Assembly: GCA_951406725.2 (NCBI GenBank)
Contig: OX597818.1
Span: 40,920,001-40,984,000 of the forward strand
Direction of reading: 5' to 3'
Source: Octopus vulgaris
Lineage: Eukaryota
DNA: 64,000 nt
Positions 14,039 through 27,214 of the stretch are shown here, one piece after another. A program made the translations under genes and the position numbers. Position 1 is the stretch's first letter. Every line of letters starts with the position of its first letter. The notes under the pieces are model-generated. The model ran no database searches and was not told the origin of the DNA. It saw nothing but the letters and a program-made list of their open reading frames with translations.

Positions 14039-14531
14039 TGTTCATAAAAAGTTTACGTATTCGATCCATTTACATATTACAACTCAACCCGAACCCCTTA
14101 ATTTTCTCAATGCCCCTCTCATTCTTTGCATATCTCATTCATTATAATCCTTGGTTTAATTCGGTGAATCAATTTTTTTTGAATTTGTATTCTCTGTATC
14201 ACTCATTTACTTTATCATATCGTTTTCTCAACATATATTAATGTTCAGTTTATTTCGACATTTGAAAAATACTATCACATGAGCACGTAGATTATATTGT
14301 AAGGATGCAATGATTAGCTCAGGAAAGGAACGTTAGGCAATGAATACAAGAAATAGAAATCCAGGGAACAGCAAGAATATGTTTGGCCGAGACAAGTAAT
14401 GCACATGGATACACACACGTATGTATACGTAGATGAGTACATAGGGAGATATTCGGCAGCCATGTTTATGTATGTTTGTGTGCTTATGTGTGTATATAAA
14501 CGTGTATGTGTATGCAAAGACAGACAAATAC

Positions 14532-14618
<87 letters not shown>

Positions 14619-14635
14619 CATATAGATAGACAGAC

Positions 14636-14722
<87 letters not shown>

Positions 14723-14739
14723 CAGATAGATAGACAGAC

Positions 14740-14830
<91 letters not shown>

Positions 14831-15622
14831 CGGAATAATTGACGCTTGTTTCATTCAGCTATGTTTTAGTCAAATCGATATTTAATCATATAAAACAATT
14901 CTTAGAAAACAACATGCACTTTATTCATTTAGAAAATTAATCTACATCAGACAAGGAAACGATTGATGTCAAAATTAGAAACTTGATTAAATAATAAACT
15001 AAATGGATAATGAGGCTTTGAGAAAATGATGGGAGGAATTAAACTATGGACTAATATAACCATGCGGATAAATGTTTTCCCATTTCGTGGTTTGGGCGTA
15101 ATTCGATTAACGTACTGGATGTGAACGTAACCCAATTACGTCGTACGTTAACGAGTTAGCAAGAAATCCTTTGTGTGGTCGTTTTACATGCTAGAAATTA
15201 CAATGAAATTCTTCTCAAATTAAGATCCTACAGTATTGAGGAAATGAAAGACATGCTGGGTAATAAATATAGATAGAATACACGGAAATAAAATAATTGT
15301 CAGCTGGTCATATCTGGAGTGTCATAGATCATATATTTACATACAGCATGCTATGTACAACGTTAATATGTATAAATTTCATTCTTTGAGAACATGAATG
15401 TGAATCTGTTATCGTGATTATCTTCCCAGTAGTGCTAGTGCATTTCCCTTGGATAGCATTAGTGGCGTGGAGAGGAGAGGCAGGTATGTATGGGCGACTG
15501 CTGGTCTACCATAAACAACTTTGCCCGGACTTGTACCTCGGAAGGGAACATTCTAGATCTAATCCCATGGTCATTCGTGACCGAAGGGGGTCTTTACCAT
15601 TTTACACAATACATACATACAT

Positions 15623-15917
15623 GTGGAGGCGCAATGACCCAGTGGTTAGGGCAGCGGACTCGCGGTCGTAGGATCGCGGTTTCCATTCCCAGACCGGGCG
15701 TTGTGAGTGTTTATTGAGCGAAAACACCTGAAAGCTCCACGAGGCTCTGGCAGGGGGTGGTGATCCCTGCTGTACTATTTCACCACTCTTTCTTTCACTC
15801 TTTCTTCTGTTGGTCTGCTCGCTTAGCCAGTGGGGTGGCGTCATTCGAAGGCTAAAACAACGCGAACACATTGTGACCAGTGATGTGTAACATCTGATGG
15901 TCTGGTCGGTCACGTGA
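15623..15917 (+). mobile_element. SINE family C head with an alternative 3' tail
   Basis: Same head as 8990 but a different tail (CATCTGATGGTCTGGTCGGTCACGTGA). Flanked by (ACAT)n. Confidence 0.88.
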
Positions 15918-16432
15918 CATACATACATACATATATGTATAAACGGTGATCAAGAGATTCAACCGTTCAAACATTTTGTTCCTTCGACTTTCGAAAGTCA
16001 GCCGAATACGATTATCGAACGGTTCAATTTCGAGGAATGCTTATATTGGTATAAAAGAACATGAAACCGATAGCCTAATCAATCAGCAAGAAATCAATGA
16101 TGTTACCAAACTTCTATTCCAACTTGCTTACTTTTTGACCAACGAGGAAGATTCTATGACTGTGGTTTCTGAGATTTCAATGTTTCCGTGGCCTCATAAT
16201 CTCACCTCTTTATTCTTAACAATTACATTGTTTAAAACGAAAGCCTTGTTGTCGCTTAAACTTCATTAAAGTGATACAAAAATCAAACAAAGGAAGTAAC
16301 AAAACGTGCATTGCTTATACAATCTGTAAGTGGAACAATAGAACATTACAAGATATTTCTAAAGTCCAGCACTTTCACTGTTGGCATTATTTACATTCCA
16401 GGAATGGACGCTTGTTACAAACCAATGCACTG

Positions 16433-16479
<47 letters not shown>

Positions 16480-16484
16480 CTTTA

Positions 16485-16561
<77 letters not shown>

Positions 16562-16843
16562 AAATAAATATATATGTACACACACGCACGCACACTCAGA
16601 CATGCACACACACACACACGCACACTACCACCACCACACACACACATTCATAAACACTCACACACTCACATTCTCACACATTCATATCGCTGGAAAGTGT
16701 ACCTATTTGTTCATCCCACCAGGAACAGAGCAGTGCACTATGAGTGTGTGTGTGTGGTTTGATTATGTACACAAAGGAAGGTAAACTTCTAAGACACAGG
16801 CAAATTTATATCTGTCTCTCTCCCCGTTTTCTCTCTATATATT

Positions 16844-16945
<102 letters not shown>

Positions 16946-17547
16946 TGTTTGAATCGATATATGTCCCATTGCAAATTTCTCTCATGATTGTTGAGACATA
17001 CGATAGGATAGTAAGGACCATCGATTAAATTGTGCCGCTGCTGAGATTGAACCAATTACCACATGGTTCCAAGACGAACCGCTTAGCCAAACAGTCAAGT
17101 CTGCACCCATGAATATTAAAAATGCTTTGTATAACACTTCGCTAGACGGCAGACACTTAGCTCCATTTGGGAATACTTTCATTATATACTATTAACCTCG
17201 ACCCTAATAAGATCCCTCTTCTCCTTAATTAAGTTGCCACGTTTCCTACAACAATCTTACACAGATTCGTAAACAAAAGAATGAACTTTGCTCTTGCAGC
17301 TAGGACCGAGTGATTTATAGCGATTTAACGTCGCCTTTGATGATGTAAGTCATTCAAAGCGACGGCTGCTTCGCCATACAAAGCGCATACAAGCAAGCAG
17401 ACGAACTCACCCACAAACACATAAAAAGAAATGATATTTTTCTCTGTTTATTTCAGCGCTTTTAGTTTATCTCTCACTTTTATTCAGTTTCATCTCTCGT
17501 GTATGTATGTCTCTTGTCTCTCATCGGGCATACAGACACGGACGCAC

Positions 17548-17603
<56 letters not shown>

Positions 17604-17768
17604 GTAGATAGATAGATAGACAGATAGACAGATAGATGCATAATACAAACTTCAGAGTAACAGATTTTGTTGAATTTTCTGCTGCTTAAAATAAAGTATA
17701 TATATATATATATATATATACATACAAACACACATACATACATATATATAACTGCATACATTTATATA

Positions 17769-17853
<85 letters not shown>

Positions 17854-18325
17854 CATATATATACATATACATACAAACATACACACACACACATATATAT
17901 ATAACTTCGTACATATGCATACATATACGTTAAAAGAAAGCAACGTATTAGCGACATGTTATATATTTATCTGATGTCACTCTTTCTCTCCCCACTCTCC
18001 AATTATTGTCTACGTACACCGCGGTGGACAGGGGTTAATTTTATTAGGACAGTTCAGTACAGCGTTTGAACTTGTCGTTAATTTGGGGCTTCACTTTAAA
18101 TTGCTTTAAACTCTATCTGCTGTATCCTCCCACGACCACCACCACCACCGTCACCACCACCACCACCGCCGCCGCCGCAATCACCGCCATTATTGCTGCC
18201 CTCAGTTTCTTTTATATCTAGTTTCTCTTACTTCCTTCCTCCCGTCGCAATTCAATATCGACTCTCTCCTACTCTGCTCTCCCACTTCATCCCGCGCCAT
18301 GCATGTCATTATTATCACCACAACA

Positions 18326-18369
<44 letters not shown>

Positions 18370-18676
18370 CACTACCACTACTACCACTACTACCGCTACC
18401 ACCACCACTACTACTACTGCTACAACTTGGACTACGATTAGGTTTATTCCTACCGATGTCCTCCTAACTGTTTCAGCTACAGTGTGAAGCGTTATTGTTT
18501 TGTCTCCTTCTAGCTTCGACCACCTCCCTCTGCTCTTGCTGCAAGACCTTACCCCTGCAAAACCCTATACCTGCAAAATCCTACCCCCTGCAAGACTCTT
18601 TCCCTGCTAGCCCAACCTCCATTATTACGCTGCCATCACCATTACCATAACTGAAGTTTCAGGATTGATAGTATGC

Positions 18677-18907
18677 GAGCGAGCTAGCAGAAACATTAGC
18701 ACGCCGGACGAAATGCGTAGCCGTATTTCGTCTGCCACTACGTTCTGAGTTCAAATTCTGCCGAGGTCGACTTTGCCGTTCATCCTTTCGGGGTCGATAA
18801 ATTAAGTACCAGTTACGCACTGGTACTTAATGTAATCGACTTAATTAGTTTGTCTGTCCTTGTTTGTCCTCTCTGTGTTTAGCCCCTTGTGTGTAATAAA
18901 GAAACAG
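18677..18907 (+). mobile_element. SINE family B, full length, tail 1
   Basis: Imperfect TSD AGGATTGATAGTATGC (18661) / AGGATTGATGTTATGC (18908). Confidence 0.9.
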
Positions 18908-18968
18908 GATTGATGTTATGCTATGAGAATATCTGATTCCATCTTAGGTACGAATGTGTTTATCAGTA

Positions 18969-19287
18969 GTGAAGCTGCGTAACTTGGTGGTTAGGATATT
19001 TGGGTCACGAGGTTGTGAGTACGATACCCGACGGTGTGCTGTGTCCTTTAGCAAGACCCTTTATTTCACCTTGATCTCATCTACTCAGCTGGCAAAATTG
19101 AGCAGTAACTATATTGCAAAGGTCAAGCCTTGTCACACTCCGTGCCACGCTAAATCTCCTCGAGATCTACGTTTAGGGTATGCGTGTCTATGGAGTACTC
19201 AGCCACTTGCACGTTAATTTCACGAGCGAGCTGTTCCGTTGATCGGATCAACTGCAACCCTTGTCGCCCTACACGAACAAGTGCCAG
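18969..19287 (+). mobile_element. Diverged SINE with a family-C-like head and a different tail
   Basis: GTGGTTAGG A box and GTGTCCTTTAGCAAGAC...ACTCAGCTGGCAAAA body. A similar decayed head is at about 12985-13115. Confidence 0.55.
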
Positions 19288-19812
19288 TTCATCGTGTGGA
19301 GTGTTTGTGTGATTTATCTTTTGCTGGGTTCAGTCATTAGAGTACGGCCATTAGACTGGGTTCAGTCATTTAGACTGCGCCTTGAAGAATTTTAGTAACA
19401 CACTTCTCCCATGTACTCTCCGAATCTAACATGTATCAAATTTCTTTCTTTGATTAACAATAGCAGCAAAACTATTGCTGTTATCCTCAATAACACCTTA
19501 ATTCGAGATATCATTATCATGTCCATGTGTTAAAATATAAAAGTCTGTTAAGTCAAGTTATTTGATTGTATTCATTTTCATTCATCTGTTTGGTTGTTCT
19601 TCAAAACGTTTTCCTTTTGAAGGCGTAATCAGTAGCAAAGTAGTATCAGCAAGATTATCGTTACTATAGTCATCATATAATCCAAACTAGATTCACAACT
19701 TGTTTAGTGAAAAGTCGGTTTTGATCCAACAAAATCTATGATCAAAGAGACTGCGAACATGGTTTGCCTTCCTTTATATGGAAAACGCCAGCCAACATAA
19801 CTTTTTTCAAAA

Positions 19813-20160
19813 GTCGCAGAGTGGCTGTGTGGTTCCGGGTTCAGTCCCACTGCGTGGTACCTTGGACAAGTGTCTTCTTCTATAGCCTCGGGCCGACCAA
19901 AGCCTTGTGAGTGAATTTGGTAGACGGAAACTGAAAGAGGCCCGTTGTATATATGTAATTATATGTGTGTGTGTCCCTCCAACATCGCTTGACAACCGAT
20001 GCTGCTATGTTTACGTCCCCGTAACTTAGCAGTTCGGCAAAAGAGGCCGATAGAATAAGTACTAGGCTAGCAAAGAATAAGTCCTGGGTTCGATTTGCTC
20101 GACTAAAGGCGATGCCCCAGCATGGCCGCAGACAAATGACTGAAACAGGTAAAAGAGTAA
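19813..20160 (+). mobile_element. SINE family A with head deletion
   Basis: Homologous to 9813-10217, lacking the segment between two TGG microhomologies in the tRNA head. Confidence 0.88.
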
Positions 20161-21198
20161 TATGTGATTTGAGGGAGACTCCGTTGCTATTTCTAACACA
20201 TAGATTCAAAAGTCTACGCTTTGGCTTTATTGATTGATCTGGTCTGATTAAGGCGTAATAAGGAGAGAGGGATTGGCCCCCGCTCCCAACAACCAACAAA
20301 TATGAAAAATATCTAATAAATACATCGTTGGACAAACGAGCTTAATCATATCGTTTCTTTAAAAAAAAAATAGGAAAGAAAATCGTAGAGAGAGAAAAAA
20401 TGATAAGGTAAGAACTTCAAGCAAGGAAAAATAAGAAAAGGAAAAAAAAAAGATGACTGCTTGTCATAAAATGTCGTTATCAATGATCAACTGTTATTGA
20501 TGCGTTTAACTTCCTGTTTTATGTGTTCAACAAATGAACACGTACGCTCAGTTAATGAGATCTTTTGAGTTAACGAGCTAAATTTACATACCACACAATA
20601 CAAATCAAATATTTTGAAAAATCAAAGGAAACTGAACAACAAAAAAACAGCATCTTTTTTTTTTTGTTTGGAATGAAAATAATAAAAATAATGTAAAAAT
20701 ATTAATGCAATGATAAAAAAAAAGACAGAAAATTCTAAAATTAAAAGAGTAAATCAAAAGAAAAATATATTAGATTTTTTTCAAATTTTATTTGAAAAAC
20801 TGAAAAGAGGTTGGGAGTAAAATTGAGTCAGAGAAAAAGAGAGCTAAAGGTTGAGAGAGAGAGAGAGAGAGATGGAGAGAGCTAAAAGTTGAGAGAGAGA
20901 GATAGAAACAGAGACAGACAGAGTGAGAGATCAGTAAGAGTAAATGAGGAATGGTAAATGAAGAATGGTAAAAAAAAAAGGTGATGATTTAAAGAAAACG
21001 TGAAATTATATAACGAAGACTTCATAACATGGAGTTGACCCTTTAATTGTTACAATCAGTAAATAAAAGTTATTTATGACGATATCCACAGACGATGGTA
21101 GGAAAATCATGAGAAACGGATAGGGAGAAAGAAAAGAAAAAGAGACAGGGAGATAGACAAAGAGAAAAACACATAGGCAGAGAAAAATTGAGATAGAG

Positions 21199-21244
<46 letters not shown>

Positions 21245-21259
21245 ACAGATAGGTAATAT

Positions 21260-21323
<64 letters not shown>

Positions 21324-21394
21324 AAGACGACATACTGCCAAACAGACGAGCCAACGGACAGACAGCTACATACATACATAGATACATACATACA

Positions 21395-21722
21395 TTTACT
21401 TTTCTACTCTAGAGAAGGAATGGGAGCCAGTCGATTAGATCGACGCCAGTGCGTAACTGGTACTTAATTTATCGACACCGAAAGGACGAAAGGCGTGCTA
21501 ACGTTTCTTATTTCTTTGCTGCCAACAAGGGGCTACACACAGAGGGGACAAACAAGGACAGACAAACGACCCCAATGCGTAACTGGTACTTATTTAATCG
21601 ACCCCGAAAGGTTGAAAGGCAAAGTCGACCTCGGCGGAATTTGAACTCAGAACGTAACGGCAGACGAAATACGGTTATGCATTTCGCCCGGCGTGCTAAC
21701 GTTCCTGCCAGCTCGCCGCCTT
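21395..21722 (-). mobile_element. SINE family B dimer (tail-1 unit joined to a tail-2 unit)
   Basis: Two cores. On the minus strand, tail 1 is followed by re-entry at GAAACGTTAGCACGCC. Confidence 0.85.
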
Positions 21723-22487
21723 ATACATACATACATACATACATACATACATACATACATACATACATACATACATACATACATACATACATACATACAT
21801 TTTATTGATTCTGAATTTGCAGAATCGGTAGAGCGCCGGTCAAAATGCCTCATGGAATTTGTTTCAACTCTGTATTAACGGCATCGATAAGATGCCGCTG
21901 GTGTACTCTAGAACTGTTCAATCGACTAACCTTTTCCATTTCTAAATTTCTACCGTTGTGTATTTGCAAGAAATATACAATGGCAGGGATTTAGCGATGG
22001 AGACAGGGTAACGGAGGCCATTGCCTAATTAAGCTTTCCCAGATAGGTGGTAGTCGACTTAAATAATGTTCAGTTTGAATCTCTGATTATTGTTGTTGTT
22101 TCTTTGTTGTTATTATTGTTGACCCCCAACCAAAAAAAAAAAAAAAAATATATTAAAAGTAACTATGTCATATGATCAGAATGAGCTAGTTCCATGGCTA
22201 TCAGTTCCTGATTAGAGCCATTTGTACTACAATAATTCCATCACAAATGCAAATTAGGAGTGTAACGTTACTGTTTTCCCAACGACAGATTACGTTATTG
22301 TGTGAAGAGCAGCGAGAGAGAACCATGACGTCACAAGGATTGCTCCACCCCCACTACCACCACCACTATCATCCGCCTTCCTCGGCTTATTCGAAATTTT
22401 TTCATTAACTGTCGAAAGTCAGTTATAGCCCTATGTTATAATTCCTGTATTGTAAATGATTAGAAACGATGATGGTGTTATTGATGA

Positions 22488-22858
22488 CTATCAGTATCGC
22501 CCGGCGTTGCTCGGGTTTGTAAGGGAAATAACTATAAAGCATTTTTAGAGAGTTATAGCCAAAAAATGGGAAAAAAATGATGGTAAATTTTTTTTAGTTA
22601 AAAAGGTCGAGTTGCGTCCCCTAGACAGTCTGTGGTTTGTGTTTCTGATTCTCGACCCCCATGTCGAATTTATCGATTTTTTTCAGAACTGGGGGAACTT
22701 TTCAAAATTTTCGCTGCGTTAGTTTTGAATTATGACATTGGGCTATGTGTGTGTCAAGTTTCATCAGAATCGGTTGAAAGCCGTGGTCAGGGTGAGGGTA
22801 CAACCTAACAGACACACAGAAACACACACAGACAAACTGCCGTTTATATATAGAGAGA
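22488..22858 (-). mobile_element. Non-autonomous Helitron
   Basis: Minus strand starts TCTCTCTATATATAAA and ends with the hairpin CCCGAGCAACGCCGGG plus ATAG (mutated CTAG). Inserted between A and T within a (GAT)n tract, with no TSD. Confidence 0.78.
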
Positions 22859-23377
22859 TGATGATGTTATTGATGATGTTGATGGTGGTGGTAGTTATTG
22901 GGACGGTGGTGGTGGTACTGGCGATGTTTTTTTGCGATGGAAGTGATAGTAGGTGTGCAAATGGCAGTGGGAAATGTGTCACTGAAAGCACCGCGCAGTA
23001 ATCTCTCCCGAGCAAGTCTTCAAGCGATGCGATGATATATAATAAAGTTGGTTAATAGGACTTTTTTTTGGTTTTAACATCCAGCCAACATGACATAAAT
23101 GTCAAATTTACTGGCAGGAAGACTGCCAGTAAATTAAATACTTCTCTGTGACGTGGAATTTTGGGAGTGTTTGAGGTGGGTGATGGGGCTGGTAGGGGAT
23201 TTAGATAGGACATACGAAGCATTGTAATCTTTTTATGGTGCGGATGGAAATATTGAGTAAAACATTTCTCCAACCCATCAGCAAGAGGTCAGTCAAAGAT
23301 CGGTACAATTTTCAGTTTAGTTTTCCTTATTATGGTCTTTCCAGTCGTAAAAGATAAAAGTAATGATACTATTAATT

Positions 23378-23586
23378 ACGGAGATGTACTTGCATAGCAA
23401 GTGACCTGATCTGAGATCGTGTGCTGCAACGAAAACAATTGCAGCGTGGAAGGTGTTTATAAGCCATTTAAGAAACACACAAAATCCGTTAGATTCACTT
23501 CAACATTTAAATTTAATTTGTCAAAATATTTTCGTCGCTTTGAGACCGCGACCTGTTCACTGACAAAAAAATCCGTGCTGCATCTG
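23378..23586 (-). mobile_element. Short hammerhead-bearing (Penelope-like/retrozyme-like) insertion
   Basis: Flanked by a 14-bp direct repeat with one mismatch: TGATACTATTAATT (23364-23377) and TGATAATATTAATT (23587-23600). Confidence 0.6.
23517..23567 (-). ncRNA. Variant minimal hammerhead ribozyme (G3/C8 core)
   Basis: Minus strand reads UUUGUCA-GUGAACA-G-GUCGC(GGUCUCAAA)GCGAC-GAAA-AUAU-UU-UGACAAA: 7-bp stem I, 5-bp stem II, palindromic AAUAUU stem III. Confidence 0.55.
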
Positions 23587-23764
23587 TGATAATATTAATT
23601 GTTTCAAATTTAAGCGTAAGTTCAAATCTCGCAGTGGTTCAATTATCTGAGGTCGATAAAATAAGTAACAGACAAGTATTAGGGGTCATTACAATCGACT
23701 TACCCACTCTCCGCAAAACTGTTACTCCTTGTGCTAAAATTTGAATCATCATCATCATCATCAG

Positions 23765-23824
<60 letters not shown>

Positions 23825-24429
23825 CGTTAAAGTATAAGGCCATTTTTTTTTTATGAGAATGTTATTGAAATGATATGGATACCTCTGTATTTGAGCAGTG
23901 CTTATTCTATAGACCTTAGAAAGATGAACGGCAAAGTCAACCCATCTGAGATTTGAACTTAGAATCTAAAGGAACGCGACTGACTACTGAAAGGTTTCGG
24001 CCAACCATAATCACTACATTCATAGCCTGTGTAACACGGAAGATGTCAGTTCTATTTTTTTCTCTTTTGTCTTTCAAAAATATTTCCTCAGTTGTGGTTA
24101 TTTAATCATCAACACATTAAGTATTTATTATTAACGACCGTCAGAGAAATTAAATAGTAAATACACTCACAAGAGATGAGCAAATATAATGATGGCAAAG
24201 AAGGAGGAAAAAAAAAGCTCTTGACGGAGAAGCTAAAGTATTATGGTATTGAGTAGTAACAAAGAGAGAGAGAGGAGGAGTAAGACAGAGATAGAGAGAA
24301 AGAAAGTGAGCGAGAGGAAGAGAGAGAGGGGGGAGGAAGTCAAACGGAATTAAACGCCATACTATCTTGAAAAAGCGACAGCGTGATAACAACAATACTG
24401 AAGTATTGAGTTAGCTACGATATATTGAA

Positions 24430-24689
24430 TTTATGAATGCGTCAGGTCATTGTGGGCGCTGTTAAAGCCGGTTAAGTGACAAGGTCTTTCAATTTTTAAT
24501 GAAGTCTGAAGGAAAACGATGAATAAGAGGCGAGAAACACATATTTAAGTATTTCTAATAACCATCGACTCAATAAACAAGATGACGTCTTGGATGCGTA
24601 AATCACATCTCTTCCATGCACATTTACGGTAATAAGGGGAGAAAATCTGCATTTCGTATACAGTCAGAAGACGTCAGATTTACAAGAAG
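24430..24689 (+). promoter_or_regulatory. Candidate promoter / first exon ending at donor AAG|GTATGC
   Basis: Non-repetitive CpG-containing island. CRE-like sites TGACGTC (24583) and GACGTCA (24670), Inr-like CAGT near 24661, donor GT at 24690. Inference only. Confidence 0.3.
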
Positions 24690-24918
24690 GTATGCGCGTA
24701 TCTGGGAAGATGTACGCGCGAGACGTGTGGAAGCAAGATAGATATATAGATAGATACCTATATACATCCATCCATCCATCCATACATACATACATATTCA
24801 CACCATTTACACCATACTTTTTCCTGGTTCCGCATAAGTATCCATGTGATCTCTCTTTCCCTCTCTTTTTCCCCCTCCCTCTCCCTCTTTCCTTATACAC
24901 ATACACACACATATATAT

Positions 24919-24970
<52 letters not shown>

Positions 24971-25224
24971 ATATATATGTGTATATATATATATATGTAT
25001 ATTTTTGATAACAAATATTTATAATCTTAGTAACCTTTCGGGCGAACGTGAAATAATTCTTTTCTAGAACTGGATCTCGAAGCACATATAAAACTATAAA
25101 TAACAGCATGCAAACCGAAAGATTACTGAATACTTTTTGTAGAGTACATATTTATTTTACGATTACCAGAAAAGTGGTGAAAGAGACTCTGTGTATGTGT
25201 ATGTGTGTGTGTGTTTGTGTGTGT

Positions 25225-25287
<63 letters not shown>

Positions 25288-25499
25288 GGAGCTCGAATGA
25301 GAGAAGCTAAAAATGCTAGCTTGCAATATATTGGGAAAATAAATCTTCTTGGACGAACAAAAGGCTGACAGCCACCCATGGTTGTTTTACCCCCTGCATT
25401 GCTACACAGGCATTAGAGCTATTTTGTAATATAGACTTATTTTCATATTTCTCCCTGTCTCTGAAGTACGATCTAGTAAACGCATACACACATATGCTT

Positions 25500-25604
25500 A
25501 CACACACATGCATACACATACATACATAAATACATACACACCTACATACATACATACATACATACATACATACATACATACATAATATATACATACATAC
25601 ATAT

Positions 25605-25635
<31 letters not shown>

Positions 25636-25760
25636 CATACATACATACATACATACATACATACATACATACATACATACATACATACATACATACATAA
25701 ATAATATATACATACATGCATACATGCATACATACATACATACATACATACATACATACA

Positions 25761-25794
<34 letters not shown>

Positions 25795-25846
25795 CATACA
25801 TACATATATATATACATACATACGTAAGTACGTACATACATACATA
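25500..25846. repeat. (CATA)n microsatellite
   Basis: Direct reading. Confidence 0.98.
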
Positions 25847-26270
25847 GGCATAACAGGCCGGATATTGTTGTTTGGGACAGACGGGCAAAGGTATGTACCA
25901 TCATAGAGGTTAGCTGCCCTGCAGGTATAAATATTTCTTTGAAAATCAAAGAAAAAGTGGATATCTATGGACAACTGCTTCTAAACCTCCAGCTTCTATA
26001 TCCAGGCTATGAATTCACTAGGTTTTGTTAGTAAATGCTTAAAGGGGAATCGGGATAAACTGGAATTTTCAGAAAGAGAAATCGACCGGCTGATTCGTAC
26101 ATTACAAGTCCAATCTGTGAGTGGAACAGTAAAAATATGCAAGACCTTTCTCAAGTTGCAAATGTGAATTTGCCTGTGTTAACTACATCCCAAAGATGGA
26201 TTCTTGTATCTTTTTTGGAAACTGGCTCCCTCCTCAGTGGAAGATTTTAATAATTAAAAAGTAGAAGAGA
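25847..26270 (+). mobile_element. 5'-truncated RLE non-LTR retrotransposon 3' end embedded in (CATA)n
   Basis: HNRPDIVVWDRRAKVCTIIEVSCPAGINISLKIKEKVDIY (PD-(D/E) RLE), then a deletion/frameshift, then LGFVSKCLKG...SVSGTVKICKTFLKLQM* (stop ends 26167). (CATA)n lies on both sides. Confidence 0.85.
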
Positions 26271-26276
26271 CATACA

Positions 26277-26307
<31 letters not shown>

Positions 26308-26337
26308 CTGTAACATTTCCAACTCTTCTTTAATGAA

Positions 26338-26368
<31 letters not shown>

Positions 26369-26572
26369 CTGTAACATTTCCAACTCTTCTTCAATGAATA
26401 CATACATACATACATACATACATATCTGTAACATTTCCAACTCTTCTTCAATGAATACATACATACATACATACATACATACATACATACATACATACAT
26501 ACATACATACATACATACTTACATACATACATACATACATATCTGTGACATTTCCAACTCTTCTTCAATGAA
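26271..26572. repeat. Compound minisatellite: four copies of a 31-bp unit separated by (CATA)n
   Basis: TCTGTAACATTTCCAACTCTTCTTCAATGAA (up to one mismatch) at 26307, 26368, 26425 and 26542. Confidence 0.95.
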
Positions 26573-27214
26573 TGCCAAAAACATGTCAGACAGTTTGTGG
26601 GCAACACAATTGATCCTAAACGCTATATTCACATCTGTTAAACAATAGACAAAGACTATCTCAATGAGGGGTGCCATGAAAGAGATGAAAGGAGGAGTAA
26701 CTAATCATTGCATTGTACCTAAACCAAGATGTTTATTTTAAGCTACTCTCCTTTATAACAACATTGATATCAATATTGGCATTCTTAGCTATCCTAAGTC
26801 AACCTGAATTAGTGGGTCTATGACCAAAAACGTTCTAGCTACAACCGATCTACGTTTATGTGCGTCCGATATGTCTATGTACGTACAATTTAGGGCTATT
26901 TTATCTAATATATTCCTTCATTTTGAAAACTGTAGGATATAATTTAAGGCGAATTTGACGGGTAATTCTACCAAACTAAGTAAACACGTAGGAACAGTTT
27001 CGCAAGCTCGTAATTATAATAAATGTAAAGGCTTGTGGTGTAGTCCAAATCGTACTGTGCTGATCCATACATCTTTCGGTAATATAGCAAGATCCCTTTG
27101 GGTGTTAAGTTCAAATTCATCCAGAAGAGATCAAGTTAATATTAGCCAAAACTCAGGATTTTTATATCGACAACAAATCTCCACTACTCATGATATACTT
27201 GAATACTAGAATAT

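Noticed and set aside
26307-26572. CRISPR-like array of 31-bp repeats
   Set aside because: Spacers are the same (CATA)n microsatellite of variable length, there are no cas genes, and the context is eukaryotic.
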